DNA from: Candidatus Bilamarchaeaceae archaeon
GTDB taxonomy: Archaea; Micrarchaeota; Micrarchaeia; Anstonellales; Bilamarchaeaceae
Assembly: GCA_038851325.1 (NCBI GenBank)
Contig: JAWCKZ010000008.1
Coordinates: 1 to 40,646 of the forward strand
Length of the DNA: 40,646 bases
Reading direction: 5' to 3'
In this document: positions 28,601 to 36,887 of the stretch, piece by piece
How positions within the stretch are numbered: the first letter of the stretch is position 1
Layout: each line of letters starts with the position of its first letter
Notes under the pieces: generated by a model
The model's database searches: none
Seen by the model: only the letters and a program-made list of their open reading frames with translations
Told to the model about the DNA's origin: nothing
Translations under genes and position numbers: made by a program

Positions 28601-29339
28601 GGTAGATGGAGAGCAAATTAAAGACACGGCCGTTATTGAGAGATATATAAACTTAAAACGAGAAATCGGTGAGGTTCCATCTGAGACATACGCAGACTAC
28701 TTATACAAAAAACAAGATAGGATAAAATGGATCAAAAAATACAAAGAAATGGGTTACGATACATCAGACCTCAACAAACTCTTAGCTGAAATAAAACAGC
28801 TTGATGAAAGCGATGGGGAGGAGCTGAACTACTATAATCCGTTTCATAATAAATTCAATATAGACTATCTATTAGATAGTGGTCTTCTTAAAAAATCTGA
28901 AGCGCTTATAGAAAAGGAAAAAGCGGAAGAGCTAGCTAGCACGTATCCTTCTTTAAACACCTTGATCCTTCAGTATATCCAGGATAAACTAAATGATCTA
29001 CCAGTAAGCCAAAGAGAGGCAGTAGAAAGAAAGGTGAAAGCAGACTTCTATGATGCCATACAGAAAAAGAGCCAGAAAATAGGCTTAAGATGGAAGAATG
29101 GAAAACTTGAAAGAGATGAAAATGGGGCGCCTAAAATAAATAAAGATCAGCTTAAGAAGACGGCCATTTCATTTGTCGAGGACGCATTGAAAAAAATTGA
29201 TATTAACGATACAAGAGTTACGAGCACAGAAAGCGCAATAAACGACCGAATAACAAATAGAAACCAGGGAGAGGAACAAAATCGCGGCAACAGGCAGCGC
29301 AGAAGCGCGAGTAGCACTGTTGATCTTGGTGACTTCTAA
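25680..29339 (+). CDS. Large orphan coiled-coil protein with internal membrane segment(s)
   Basis: ~1220-aa ORF, GAGGTGG RBS; hydrophobic stretches LAPTLPIGIYVVI and IITIVTSVILGYGSYY. Confidence 0.8.
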   Translation: MCGATSNTLNQKVEGNKSSDKMPGSDQKRSWLKRIFSKRKNDIEKNKENEGVAKRSQVSYGEIEEEQAGMLKKIVESVIDDIRNDRSNVRELIEAIRSEEFFKSAVETRTPLEDSYYENEEVPKDHKAAAHLENLKKAFLVGLDAWVRGSNRFDNSPFAVKEHYDIFVTAMGACERTREAFIKYVEEYANENCELTKEKGSILGGVFVALCRYPTFGDKGGRIQEVFESSGRTRKIGFWSGMDLVKHCKKNIELPKEAYEDIKKLVSEFGVNPDYEIKIKESYCSSKKSEDKASISKELSELSFKYLEPLAGERNGEEIERARAIRDALSDIASKIEEIKSDFRGNNKSVVNQRLNEIESILRTHKNEFLEGQLQLIAKKSVVNEKLDEIESILRIHKNEFLKRQLQLIVKKLEEEIKRLNKKLDNLKGHNDSNDAKKEITEQIKKTTKQIDLRKGIINDIREGKDIRKNEDIEEYKKLSELDIESTIETMERLILGLKNYKNENVVEEIGELEKKTKELRLKLFPYEKICEKIGASAKKMLNGRPVTAEDYRTALGILYRQIKVEDAQNSNVKSDSKLLRLGRKDVSGWFFSRADSAVPVFIEEIKQFKQFCYRVFSLLRFKAFSKKGKNIDNNSGNTLDALMPTKEWRWLRLAPTLPIGIYVVIRDATLSLISGTHHLVRKAGLKLANIITIVTSVILGYGSYYMGYHYILRIDKKTHRDYNEKREIVLDKSDGKLKWAYKDSSGKSHVDPLYENGKMAWIKKEVGVRIREGEYYGFYGITDKEKVKWLDDRPAIAEYFERKFWPTDTLITLSEWKSQEQRGNEKSKKNTPATLSEQNARKKKGYSKNQYILNKMKAENFIEELMEEEKKGKMITKDWLELNKPKWIEKRYLVTPKVNWYMVTYNLNARDAEILIKFIDRSYRVIAEGDKENWVLSMLNKGYDDFHIKDVKKFVERIKKTASRGRTLKREDLVDGEQIKDTAVIERYINLKREIGEVPSETYADYLYKKQDRIKWIKKYKEMGYDTSDLNKLLAEIKQLDESDGEELNYYNPFHNKFNIDYLLDSGLLKKSEALIEKEKAEELASTYPSLNTLILQYIQDKLNDLPVSQREAVERKVKADFYDAIQKKSQKIGLRWKNGKLERDENGAPKINKDQLKKTAISFVEDALKKIDINDTRVTSTESAINDRITNRNQGEEQNRGNRQRRSASSTVDLGDF
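26721..26912 (+). repeat. In-frame 96-bp (32-aa) tandem duplication
   Basis: Two imperfect copies of KSVVN..L.EIESILR.HKNEFL..QLQLI.K. Confidence 0.85.
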
Positions 29340-29352
29340 TAATAATCTGACT

Positions 29353-29385
29353 CAGACCACTTGACCATTGGGCCCAAGTGGTCTG
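29353..29385. terminator. Perfect 11-bp hairpin between convergent genes
   Basis: CAGACCACTTG / CAAGTGGTCTG with an 11-nt loop; terminator role is inferred only. Confidence 0.35.
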
Positions 29386-29394
29386 GTTACAAAG

Positions 29395-30231
29395 CTAATC
29401 AGAAAGAAAAGGATTCAGCAACGGTTTTATGGAGACCGCTGAAACAAAAGAGGGAATGCTATCAGTAACGAAAACATGATCGCAAACAGCCTGCAGCTTT
29501 TTAAGGCAATCACCTAAGAAAAGACCATGGGTGGCTGCGCAGAGCACCTTTTTCGCGCCTCCTTTTTTAACATTTTCCACTGCTTTCAGCATCGTGCTGC
29601 CGGTGGATATCATGTCATCCAGAATAAGTATGTTTTTTCCGTGAACATCAAAAGCCATCTCCATCTTTTCTATTTTTCTATACGCTGTTACTCCAGAGAT
29701 GTATTCTCCCCGTGTTTTTTTCATGCTCTTTCCACCAAAGCTTTCGACAAGATAGGATGCACCCACGTCTGGGCTTATCACTTCCACCTCACCAACAAGA
29801 TTTCTCGCGTGCTGGATAAGCAAACGATTTGCAGAAAGGTTCAGAATCTCAAGCCCACCGTATTCAACGCTACCTTCTTTTTTTATGAAGTGGCAATCTA
29901 TAGTGATAAGTTTCTTCGCACCAGCATGATGCAGAATGCTCGCTATAACTTCAGCGCTTAGAGCCTCACCTTCTTTGAACACCTTATCCTGCCTCGCATA
30001 AGGCAGATACGGTGAAACAAGCGTTGCGCTCACGCCTTTTCGCTTTAAAGTATCCAAGATAAGGACCGCTTGGATAAGCGCGGTATCTTGCTCTGGGTAG
30101 AGTCTGTGAAAGACAACCGCTTTTTTCTCTGTAATGGGCGGAAGGCAGATATAGTTGTCACCATCTGGGAATTTCTTCATCTGTATATTTGGCTCTCGAA
30201 GGTCTGAAAAGTTTTGTGAAACAAGATTCAT
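29395..30231 (-). CDS. prs: Ribose-phosphate pyrophosphokinase
   Basis: FPDGD, PYLPYARQDK, ISPDVGA, ILDDMISTGSTM and ATHGLF motifs. Confidence 0.95.
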   Translation of the reverse strand: MNLVSQNFSDLREPNIQMKKFPDGDNYICLPPITEKKAVVFHRLYPEQDTALIQAVLILDTLKRKGVSATLVSPYLPYARQDKVFKEGEALSAEVIASILHHAGAKKLITIDCHFIKKEGSVEYGGLEILNLSANRLLIQHARNLVGEVEVISPDVGASYLVESFGGKSMKKTRGEYISGVTAYRKIEKMEMAFDVHGKNILILDDMISTGSTMLKAVENVKKGGAKKVLCAATHGLFLGDCLKKLQAVCDHVFVTDSIPSFVSAVSIKPLLNPFLSD

Positions 30232-30305
30232 AGCCCTATCCTTAAGCAACGACATATTTATAAATATTTTCAAAGTTTGTTATCCATCTGCGAGGTGATA
30301 AAAAC

Positions 30306-30707
30306 ATGGCAGGAAAAGCGGGTGTAAAGGAAGAGTTTACACCTAAATATGGTGAGTGGGCATTTCTACTCGGTGTACTACTCGCTCTAGTTATCGGACT
30401 TTTCTCAACGGAGCTCGGAGCAAACGGCATCTACGTACTTGGCTTGCTTGTCCTTCTCGGCTTTGTTGTTGGCCTTCTCAATATAAGCGAAAAGGAAACG
30501 ACAGCGTTCCTGATAGCCACAATTGCACTTCTTGGCGTTGCAGCGTCATGGCAACCGGTTGGTGTGCTGCTTGGAAGCATAGGTGGCAGTTACGGCGCAT
30601 TAATAGCAGGGAAGATTGGCGGTATTCTTTCCGCTTTGGTTTCATTCGTGGCGCCAGCAGCACTGGTTGTATCATTAAAGCTTATATACGAGCTAGCTTC
30701 AAAGTAA
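30306..30707 (+). CDS. Conserved four-TM membrane protein
   Basis: WAFLLG...VGLLNI..KET..FLIA...FVAPAA motif; GAGGTGA RBS. Confidence 0.8.
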   Translation: MAGKAGVKEEFTPKYGEWAFLLGVLLALVIGLFSTELGANGIYVLGLLVLLGFVVGLLNISEKETTAFLIATIALLGVAASWQPVGVLLGSIGGSYGALIAGKIGGILSALVSFVAPAALVVSLKLIYELASK

Positions 30708-30814
30708 TTTTTCTTTTTTCACATTTGTTTTGTTGTGCTGCCAGAGGAGCTGCTAGAGGAACTTATTTTTAAATTCTTTTATTGAAAACTGTACATAAGA
30801 GAGCATGGATTAAC

Positions 30815-31043
30815 GCTCCGATCGTCTAGACCGGTCAAACGCGTAACATCGCGGATTTATTGCGATGGAATGCGGGTCAGGGATACCGGACTTTCAAAAG
30901 GCTTTTTGACCTCGGCTTCTCCAAGGGCAAAACTCTGGAAAAAGCCCTGAGGTGAAAGAAAGCCCTTGAAGAAATCCGGCGACTCGGGTTCAAATCAGAC
31001 CTTGGCAACCTTGCCAAAGTTCGTGGATCTCCCGATCGGAGCA
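30815..31043 (+). tRNA. tRNA-Glu(TTC) with three introns: 30839-30880 (21/22), 30897-30973 (37/38), 30995-31029 (59/60)
   Basis: Removing 42+77+35 nt gives a 75-nt cloverleaf GCTCCGA TC GTCT AGACCGGTCAA GGAT A CCGGA CTTTCAA TCCGG CGAC TCGGG TTCAAAT CCCGA TCGGAGC A; each junction forms a BHB-type motif. Confidence 0.93.
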
Positions 31044-31079
31044 AACCTCTTTTCTATTTCTTTTCATAACTTTTGTCGA

Positions 31080-31144
31080 AGAGCCTGCTGGAAAATTTAT
31101 AAAAGAAAACAACGTGTGACGAAAGATAGTAATTTGCAACCCTA
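31080..31144 (+). mobile_element. Short MITE-like element, copy 5
   Basis: Ends AGAGCCTGCTGGAAAATT ... ATAGTAATTTGCAACCCTA match the family termini. Confidence 0.45.
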
Positions 31145-31218
31145 CGTAAAACCAAGGAATCTGTTTATAAATCTTGTGAATGAAGACGTATCAAATAGTC
31201 AAACAAAAGTTGGTTGCT

Positions 31219-34149
31219 ATGAAAAAAATTTTGTTTACGTTTTTGTTAACAATTGGCCTTTTGTTTGCTTATGATGCTGTTGGTGGCGGCACTTGTCTGT
31301 GTTATAACTGCTCTGATTGTACAGATGCTTTAAATGATAATAGTAATTGTTCAGTAGAGGTACAGCTAGCTACGACTATCGCAGATAATCCGGGCACCTG
31401 TATAAACAATCCAGCAAATTTCAGCAACAAAACATTTAACTGTCTCGGCAACACGATAGATGGGGATGATAGTGTTAATAGTTATGGTATTGTTTTAATG
31501 GGTGGATTTACTGTTGTCAACCACAACAGTACAATAAAAAACTGCCGCATAACGGATTTTGAGAGAGGCATTTGGCTCCATCTTTCTGCAAACAACACAT
31601 TGGATAGTGATATCGTAGAAAGCAACTTATATGGCGTTTACTTGTCTTATACTCTGAACAACAGCCTTATTTATACAACCGCGGCGTATAATGAGTATGC
31701 CGGCATCAGGTTAGACACAAGTTCACATAATAACATATCGGGAAATAACATATATGGGGGAAAGGATGGGATAGTATCAGTTTCAAGTTTCAACAATGAA
31801 TTTTCATATAATCAAATTTATGACAACAACGGTGATGGCTTTTACCTGTCATCGAGCTCAAATAATAATAGCTTTATCAGCAACGAAGTAGTATATAACA
31901 ATGGCAATGGTTTCAACTTGTTAGTGGCTTCAGACAACACTTTCAATTTTAACAATGTATCAAAAAATGGTCAGAATGGTTTTTACGCAGATTCTGCCTC
32001 AACAAGAAATACGCTTGATTCGAACGTTTTTTGCAAAAACAACCAGAACCATAACTTTTATTACGATGTGCTGGATAGCGATAGCAATTTCTTCAACAAT
32101 ACCACTTGCAACAGTTCGCAGCCTGCTGGTCTGTGTAATAATTCATGCTCGTACTGCTACAATATACTTGGTGGAGGAATATGCGAGGTTGGTTCCCCAC
32201 AAATCGCAGACTGCACCTGCCTGAATGAAGCACTTGATGATAATTCCAATTGCTACAACGAAGTTAGACTAATAGGTAGTATATCAAATAATCTTGGTAG
32301 ATGTGTGGATAACCCAAGGTATTTTGTAAATAAAACCCTTAATTGTCTCGGCAACACGATAGATGGGAATGGTCTGGAAAGAGGTATTTTCTTATCAGAA
32401 AAAACTGGAGATACCATAAAAAATTGCATAATTCAGGAATTTGAGGAAGGTATCCACGGCGAAAAATTAAACAATACAGTATTCCAAGATATATCTACAG
32501 TGAATAACAGTGGCCGCAGCATCTTTGGAACATGCACCAATGGTTACGGCATATTTTTGGTAGAGTCAAACAACATAACACTTCGCAACATAAATGCAAG
32601 CTCGAATCACGGTGGTCGGGGTAGCCTATTAGCCTGTAGCGGTATCGGAGTTTATTTGAATATTTCAGATGGCCTCCTCACCAATAATATAACAGCAACT
32701 TATAATACTGGAGGCACCGCCACTAAATTCGGTGGAGGAGGCATGGGCATTGTTTTAGAGGGCTCCCGTAATACCAAACTCATGTCGATAACCGCAAGCA
32801 GTAATTCCGGTGGCGGAGGTACTTTCTCGGGATCTGGGATTGGTCTTGGGATTATGAATAGCGATGGGATATATCTTAACCACATAGATGCAAATAATAA
32901 TATGCCTGGCTCCAAGCCAAGCGAGAGTTCCTATGGCATTTATATTTTCAGCTCATACAATATAACTTTATTATCAGGCAATACAAATTCAAACAGGCAA
33001 GGTGTTAGTATTGATAGCAGCGCTAATTTAGCTATATCTTCACTCAATGCAAGTTCAAATCGTTATGGAATTCGATTGTTCTCTTCTGAGAATAACTCAA
33101 TTATCAGAAGCCAAGCGCTTGACAACTATTACCATGGGATATATATCGATTCCAATAGCATCAACAATACGTTCCGCTCAAATAGATTCTGTAATAACAA
33201 CCTGACAGGTGGCGACTACTATGATGTTTATGATGAGGATAGCAACATCTTTGAGCTCAATACCTGTAATACATCAAGCCCTGTTGGGCTTTGCACTTAT
33301 TCGTGCACCTTTGTCTTGCCTAGCCAACCCAGTGGTGGTAAGGAGAAAAGGCATAAGCTTGTTATCGATTACATAGAAGATCAATATGCAAAGGTTGGCG
33401 AGACAAAGAACATAACTGTGTTTGTTGAAAACAGAGGAAGTTACAGAGAAAACGATGTTATGCTTTCTGCCGTTTGTCCGGAATCGTTTTCCTGTGGAAA
33501 TGCAAGCTTGGGCACAATAGGGACATGGGATATAAAAAACGGCACAATAAGCATAACCGGAACTGTTCCAGGTAGATATTTGCTAAAAGCCGAAGCACGT
33601 AACGATAATGCGTACGCATACCAGGAGTTCTACTTTACCGTGCTTCCGGAATGCATGAAAAACAACGACTGCGATAGCGACAGATCCTGTAAGGACAATA
33701 AATGCGTCCCAATTGAATGCGACTGTGGATATGTGCAAGACCATGCTTGTATAACTTACGAATGCTGCGCGGATTCTGATTGCGATGAAACGAGCAAATG
33801 CATTGAACACAAGTGCGTCCCAATTGAATGCGACTGTGGATATGTGCAAGACCATGCTTGTATAACTTACGAATGCTGCGCGGATTCTGATTGCAGGCAA
33901 GGGCTAGTGTGCACCTCCGATCACAAATGCGTTAAAGTTGATACAGAAAAGGAAGAAACCACGAAGGAGCAACCTCCGACCGAAGAGCCAGCCATAACCG
34001 AAGAGAGATCTGCTGCAGCAGAGGAAAAGCCTCCTGAAAAGACTGACGGAAGATGGTTTGACATACTGTTGCTTATGCTAATAATCGGAGTGATTATCGC
34101 AGTGGGCGTTGCAGTATATTACTTCCTGCTCCGACTGAGAAGAAGATAG
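31219..34149 (+). CDS. Cell-surface parallel beta-helix (NosD/PbH1) protein with Ig-like and Cys-rich repeats and C-terminal TM anchor
   Basis: Signal peptide; two Asn-rich beta-helix modules (GI.L..S.NN); CARDB-like segment; ECC.DSDC repeats; TM helix followed by RLRRR. Confidence 0.88.
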   Translation: MKKILFTFLLTIGLLFAYDAVGGGTCLCYNCSDCTDALNDNSNCSVEVQLATTIADNPGTCINNPANFSNKTFNCLGNTIDGDDSVNSYGIVLMGGFTVVNHNSTIKNCRITDFERGIWLHLSANNTLDSDIVESNLYGVYLSYTLNNSLIYTTAAYNEYAGIRLDTSSHNNISGNNIYGGKDGIVSVSSFNNEFSYNQIYDNNGDGFYLSSSSNNNSFISNEVVYNNGNGFNLLVASDNTFNFNNVSKNGQNGFYADSASTRNTLDSNVFCKNNQNHNFYYDVLDSDSNFFNNTTCNSSQPAGLCNNSCSYCYNILGGGICEVGSPQIADCTCLNEALDDNSNCYNEVRLIGSISNNLGRCVDNPRYFVNKTLNCLGNTIDGNGLERGIFLSEKTGDTIKNCIIQEFEEGIHGEKLNNTVFQDISTVNNSGRSIFGTCTNGYGIFLVESNNITLRNINASSNHGGRGSLLACSGIGVYLNISDGLLTNNITATYNTGGTATKFGGGGMGIVLEGSRNTKLMSITASSNSGGGGTFSGSGIGLGIMNSDGIYLNHIDANNNMPGSKPSESSYGIYIFSSYNITLLSGNTNSNRQGVSIDSSANLAISSLNASSNRYGIRLFSSENNSIIRSQALDNYYHGIYIDSNSINNTFRSNRFCNNNLTGGDYYDVYDEDSNIFELNTCNTSSPVGLCTYSCTFVLPSQPSGGKEKRHKLVIDYIEDQYAKVGETKNITVFVENRGSYRENDVMLSAVCPESFSCGNASLGTIGTWDIKNGTISITGTVPGRYLLKAEARNDNAYAYQEFYFTVLPECMKNNDCDSDRSCKDNKCVPIECDCGYVQDHACITYECCADSDCDETSKCIEHKCVPIECDCGYVQDHACITYECCADSDCRQGLVCTSDHKCVKVDTEKEETTKEQPPTEEPAITEERSAAAEEKPPEKTDGRWFDILLLMLIIGVIIAVGVAVYYFLLRLRRR
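33703..33894 (+). repeat. 111-bp-period duplication with an 81-bp identical core (Cys-rich module)
   Basis: 33703-33783 is identical to 33814-33894; encodes CVPIECDCGYVQDHACITYECCADSDC. Confidence 0.9.
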
Positions 34150-34215
34150 TTTTTTCCTTTTTTATTTTAAATCGGCAGAAGAATGTTTAAAAATAAGAAC
34201 TGGTAGAACCATTTT

Positions 34216-34611
34216 ATGGAACTAATAAGGGTTAATGCAACACCTGAATTGCTTGCTCACAAAAACAGAAGGGCAGTAGCAATTCTAGCAGACTATGCTT
34301 ATGACGAAGGTGTGTTGCAGGTTTTGGGCGAGAAGAAATCGCTTGTTATTTTTGTCTCGCTTGATCAGCTTCTTAAATCTCGTGGGATTGCGAGAAGCAA
34401 GCTGCTTTACAAATTAAGAAATTTTCTTGCCCTATGTACCCGCTTTGGCGTGCTGTTCGTGCTTGGTTTTGAAGAAGACATTAAAACCTCTCCCTATGCG
34501 TTGCGAGGAAAAGATGAGATAGTTGCACTAGGCCAGCTTTTAGGGTTAAATCGTGGCCAGGCAAAAATGGCAGTAAAGAGGTTTGATGACCTCTTTGCCA
34601 GAAAAGTCTGA
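34216..34611 (+). CDS. Short RNase P Rpp30-like protein (C-terminal half of the barrel)
   Basis: LL.S.G..RSK......L..LC..F....V......SPY.LR...EI..L...LGL...QAK pattern typical of the Rpp30 C-terminus; only 131 aa. Confidence 0.6.
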   Translation: MELIRVNATPELLAHKNRRAVAILADYAYDEGVLQVLGEKKSLVIFVSLDQLLKSRGIARSKLLYKLRNFLALCTRFGVLFVLGFEEDIKTSPYALRGKDEIVALGQLLGLNRGQAKMAVKRFDDLFARKV

Positions 34612-34929
34612 TCAGCCGAATAGGCTTGCGAGCCCTTCAGCAGCTTGTTCCTCTTTCTTTTCTTCTGCTTCTTTCTTTTCCTCTTTCTTGGGAGCAGCTC
34701 CACCAGCTGCTGGTGCCGCTGCGGCAGGCGCTGCTGCAGCAACTGCAACACTCTTGAGAAGATCTTCAAAGTTCACATCCTTAACCGCGTCCGCAAGCAC
34801 TTTTGCTTTTGCCTCATCACCCTCTGCTCCGCTTGCTCTCACAACACTCAAGATGTTGTCTTTCGTCACTTCCTTTCCTGCACCATGCAGAAGAAGCACA
34901 GCGTGCAAGTATGGGTCTACCTTCGTCAT
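34612..34929 (-). CDS. rpl12: 50S ribosomal stalk protein P1/L12
   Basis: Y..A.LLLH..GKEVT, Ala-rich hinge, C-terminal GLASLFG. Confidence 0.95.
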   Translation of the reverse strand: MTKVDPYLHAVLLLHGAGKEVTKDNILSVVRASGAEGDEAKAKVLADAVKDVNFEDLLKSVAVAAAAPAAAAPAAGGAAPKKEEKKEAEEKKEEQAAEGLASLFG

Positions 34930-35840
34930 GTTTTCACCTCAGATTTACTTTCTTGAGCAGGATTCTGCTCAGCAGCCGATTGAGCGGCTACCGGAACTAC
35001 TTTTGAGAGCGCCTCCCCTTCAAGCAAAGCGCTCAGCAATACCTGGTCAATAGAAACGATAGAGTAGAGTTTTCCGTTTACTGCAAGATTGACTGACTGA
35101 ATGTACGCTTCTTTTAGAAGCGCGTCTATGTTATGCCTTGTCGGATAACCCGCGTTCACAGAGAGATTAAATGCTTCTGTCATCGCCGCTGTCAGATCCC
35201 TGGCAATTGTATCGCCTAGATCAAGAAGTTCTTTTTCATACACGTACTCGCCATCGTATCCAAAGAGGAGGTTTGCTCTTATAGTAAATGGCTTAATCCC
35301 AAGCGTTTGAAGTGCCTTTGCCTTTTGCGCATTTATCTTCTCTCCTGTTTTTGCCACCACGCTATCGGCAGCTACTACTATCTTTCCAGCCTTTATCTGA
35401 GCATTTACTCCGGCTCCTTTAAGTTCAGACAAGGCAGGACCTGGAGGAAGGTCTGTCTCCCCTGCTGGCACGATAATATCAAATGGCGCTATCTCGCCCA
35501 CTTTTGCTGCTCGCTTTTTTGTGCTCTCTTTCAAAAGTTTGTTCAATTGATAAGGCGACCAGTTAGTGAGCACCAAAGCGCACGGTTTTTCCGCGTCCTT
35601 TACTCGTGCGGCCAATTTGCTGTTCGATTGAAGAACGCGGCTTAGTACTGCCTTTCTAAGGACGACAACCTTTCCGCCGTTTTCTCGTATCTTTTTCCTT
35701 ATAGCCTGAAACAACGCATCCGGAAGTTTTTCAAGCAAAATAAGTGCGACTGTTTTATAGCTCTTCATCTCGTTAAGCGTTTTGTTTACTTCTTCCGCTT
35801 TCTTTTTTACAGCAGGTCTCTTTATGTCTGCTTTTGCCAT
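34926..35840 (-). CDS. rpl10: 50S ribosomal protein uL10/P0
   Basis: AKVGEIAPFDIIVPAGET.LPPGP.LSEL motif; ATGA overlap with rpl12. Confidence 0.95.
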   Translation of the reverse strand: MAKADIKRPAVKKKAEEVNKTLNEMKSYKTVALILLEKLPDALFQAIRKKIRENGGKVVVLRKAVLSRVLQSNSKLAARVKDAEKPCALVLTNWSPYQLNKLLKESTKKRAAKVGEIAPFDIIVPAGETDLPPGPALSELKGAGVNAQIKAGKIVVAADSVVAKTGEKINAQKAKALQTLGIKPFTIRANLLFGYDGEYVYEKELLDLGDTIARDLTAAMTEAFNLSVNAGYPTRHNIDALLKEAYIQSVNLAVNGKLYSIVSIDQVLLSALLEGEALSKVVPVAAQSAAEQNPAQESKSEVKT

Positions 35841-35844
35841 CTGC

Positions 35845-36480
35845 TCACCCTACCCGTATAGCCTTCCCCATTGTGAGTTTCACATAAATCGATTTCACGT
35901 TTCCCTCTCCGCCTATTTTCGATTTCACCGCCTCGTAAACTGTCTCTCCGTTTTCCGCTAAGTCTTCTGGTTCCATGTTCTCTGTCCCTATGAATGCCTG
36001 AAGAACCGGAAGGCACTTTCCTTTTGTCGCTACTCTGACAGAACGCTTTGCATTATCTATAAGCTGCCCAATGTTTCCAACGATTGGCTTTGGAAGCTTT
36101 CCTTTTCGTCCAAGGTATTGCCCAAGAGACTTTGCAACTGCTGCCATAAGGTTTGGTTGCGCAAGCAATGCGTAGTTCTCAGCGAGGTTCTTCAACTCCT
36201 TTGGTTCCTTGTATCGGTCTATCTCATTTGGCAGTATTATCAAATCTGCACCAAACTTTTTTGCCTGCGAGCCAACGGCTTCATCACATATGACTGCTAC
36301 CTTTAGCTCCTTTCCGCCCTTTCCCTTTGGGAGCGGGATGTCAAGATTCACACGATTCTCGCTCTTTGAAAAATCTATTCCACGCATGTTTATGATGAGC
36401 TCTACACTCTGAGTGAATTTTCTTTTCCCCTTCTCTTCCAGAGCTTTTTTGATAGCTTCTGTAAGTGCTTTCTTGTCCAT
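35845..36480 (-). CDS. rpl1: 50S ribosomal protein uL1
   Basis: KRKFTQSVELIIN, LGQYLGRKGKLPKP, IGTENM and YVKLTMG motifs. Confidence 0.96.
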   Translation of the reverse strand: MDKKALTEAIKKALEEKGKRKFTQSVELIINMRGIDFSKSENRVNLDIPLPKGKGGKELKVAVICDEAVGSQAKKFGADLIILPNEIDRYKEPKELKNLAENYALLAQPNLMAAVAKSLGQYLGRKGKLPKPIVGNIGQLIDNAKRSVRVATKGKCLPVLQAFIGTENMEPEDLAENGETVYEAVKSKIGGEGNVKSIYVKLTMGKAIRVG

Positions 36481-36489
36481 AAAATCAAG

Positions 36490-36531
36490 CCCTCCTACTT
36501 GTTATTTATTATTACAAGTAGTTCTTGCGGG
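36490..36531 (-). promoter_or_regulatory. Putative uL1 autoregulatory leader overlapping the rpl1 RBS
   Basis: mRNA CCC GCAAGAA CUACUUGU-(11 nt)-ACAAGUAG GA GGG: two helices with an asymmetric GA / GCAAGAA internal loop; AGGAGG lies inside it. Confidence 0.6.
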
Positions 36532-36580
36532 TAATTTAGGTTTGTAGGAATTCTTTTTTAAATCTTCGTTTTTTGTTATC

Positions 36581-36758
36581 TGAGCCTGTTGCAAATTGCC
36601 TCGCGGATACCTAACAGACTGTGCGACCGAAGGGAGCACTTCGCCAGTTATCGCTGCCAGCACAAGACAATTGTCTACCATGAACTAGAAGAAGGAAAAG
36701 CGAACGGAGTGAAATGGAAGAGTGCCTATAAGCAAACATGATAGCTTGTAATACCTCA
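36581..36758 (+). mobile_element. Long MITE-like element, copy 6
   Basis: Left end TGAGCCTGTTGCAAATTGC, right end AGTGCCTATAAGCAAACATGATAGCTTGTAATACCTCA; homologous to 23420-23593. Confidence 0.65.
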
Positions 36759-36887
36759 AGTTGTAAAAAATAGTAACATTTAAATAATTTTGTTGTATAT
36801 AATATTAATTAGTGTAAATATGGAAAATGAGAATAAAATGTTCTACAAGAACATTGCAGAAAATTGTAGAAAATAAGGTGATAAAAT

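Noticed and set aside
30897..30973. C/D guide RNA or nested intron within the 77-nt tRNA-Glu intron
   Set aside because: One CTGA but no credible RTGATGA box; the intron folds as one long hairpin with no clear internal BHB
33703..33894. Repeat pairs as a diversity-generating retroelement TR/VR
   Set aside because: The copies are tandem and in-frame with no adenine-specific mismatches, and there is no reverse transcriptase in the window
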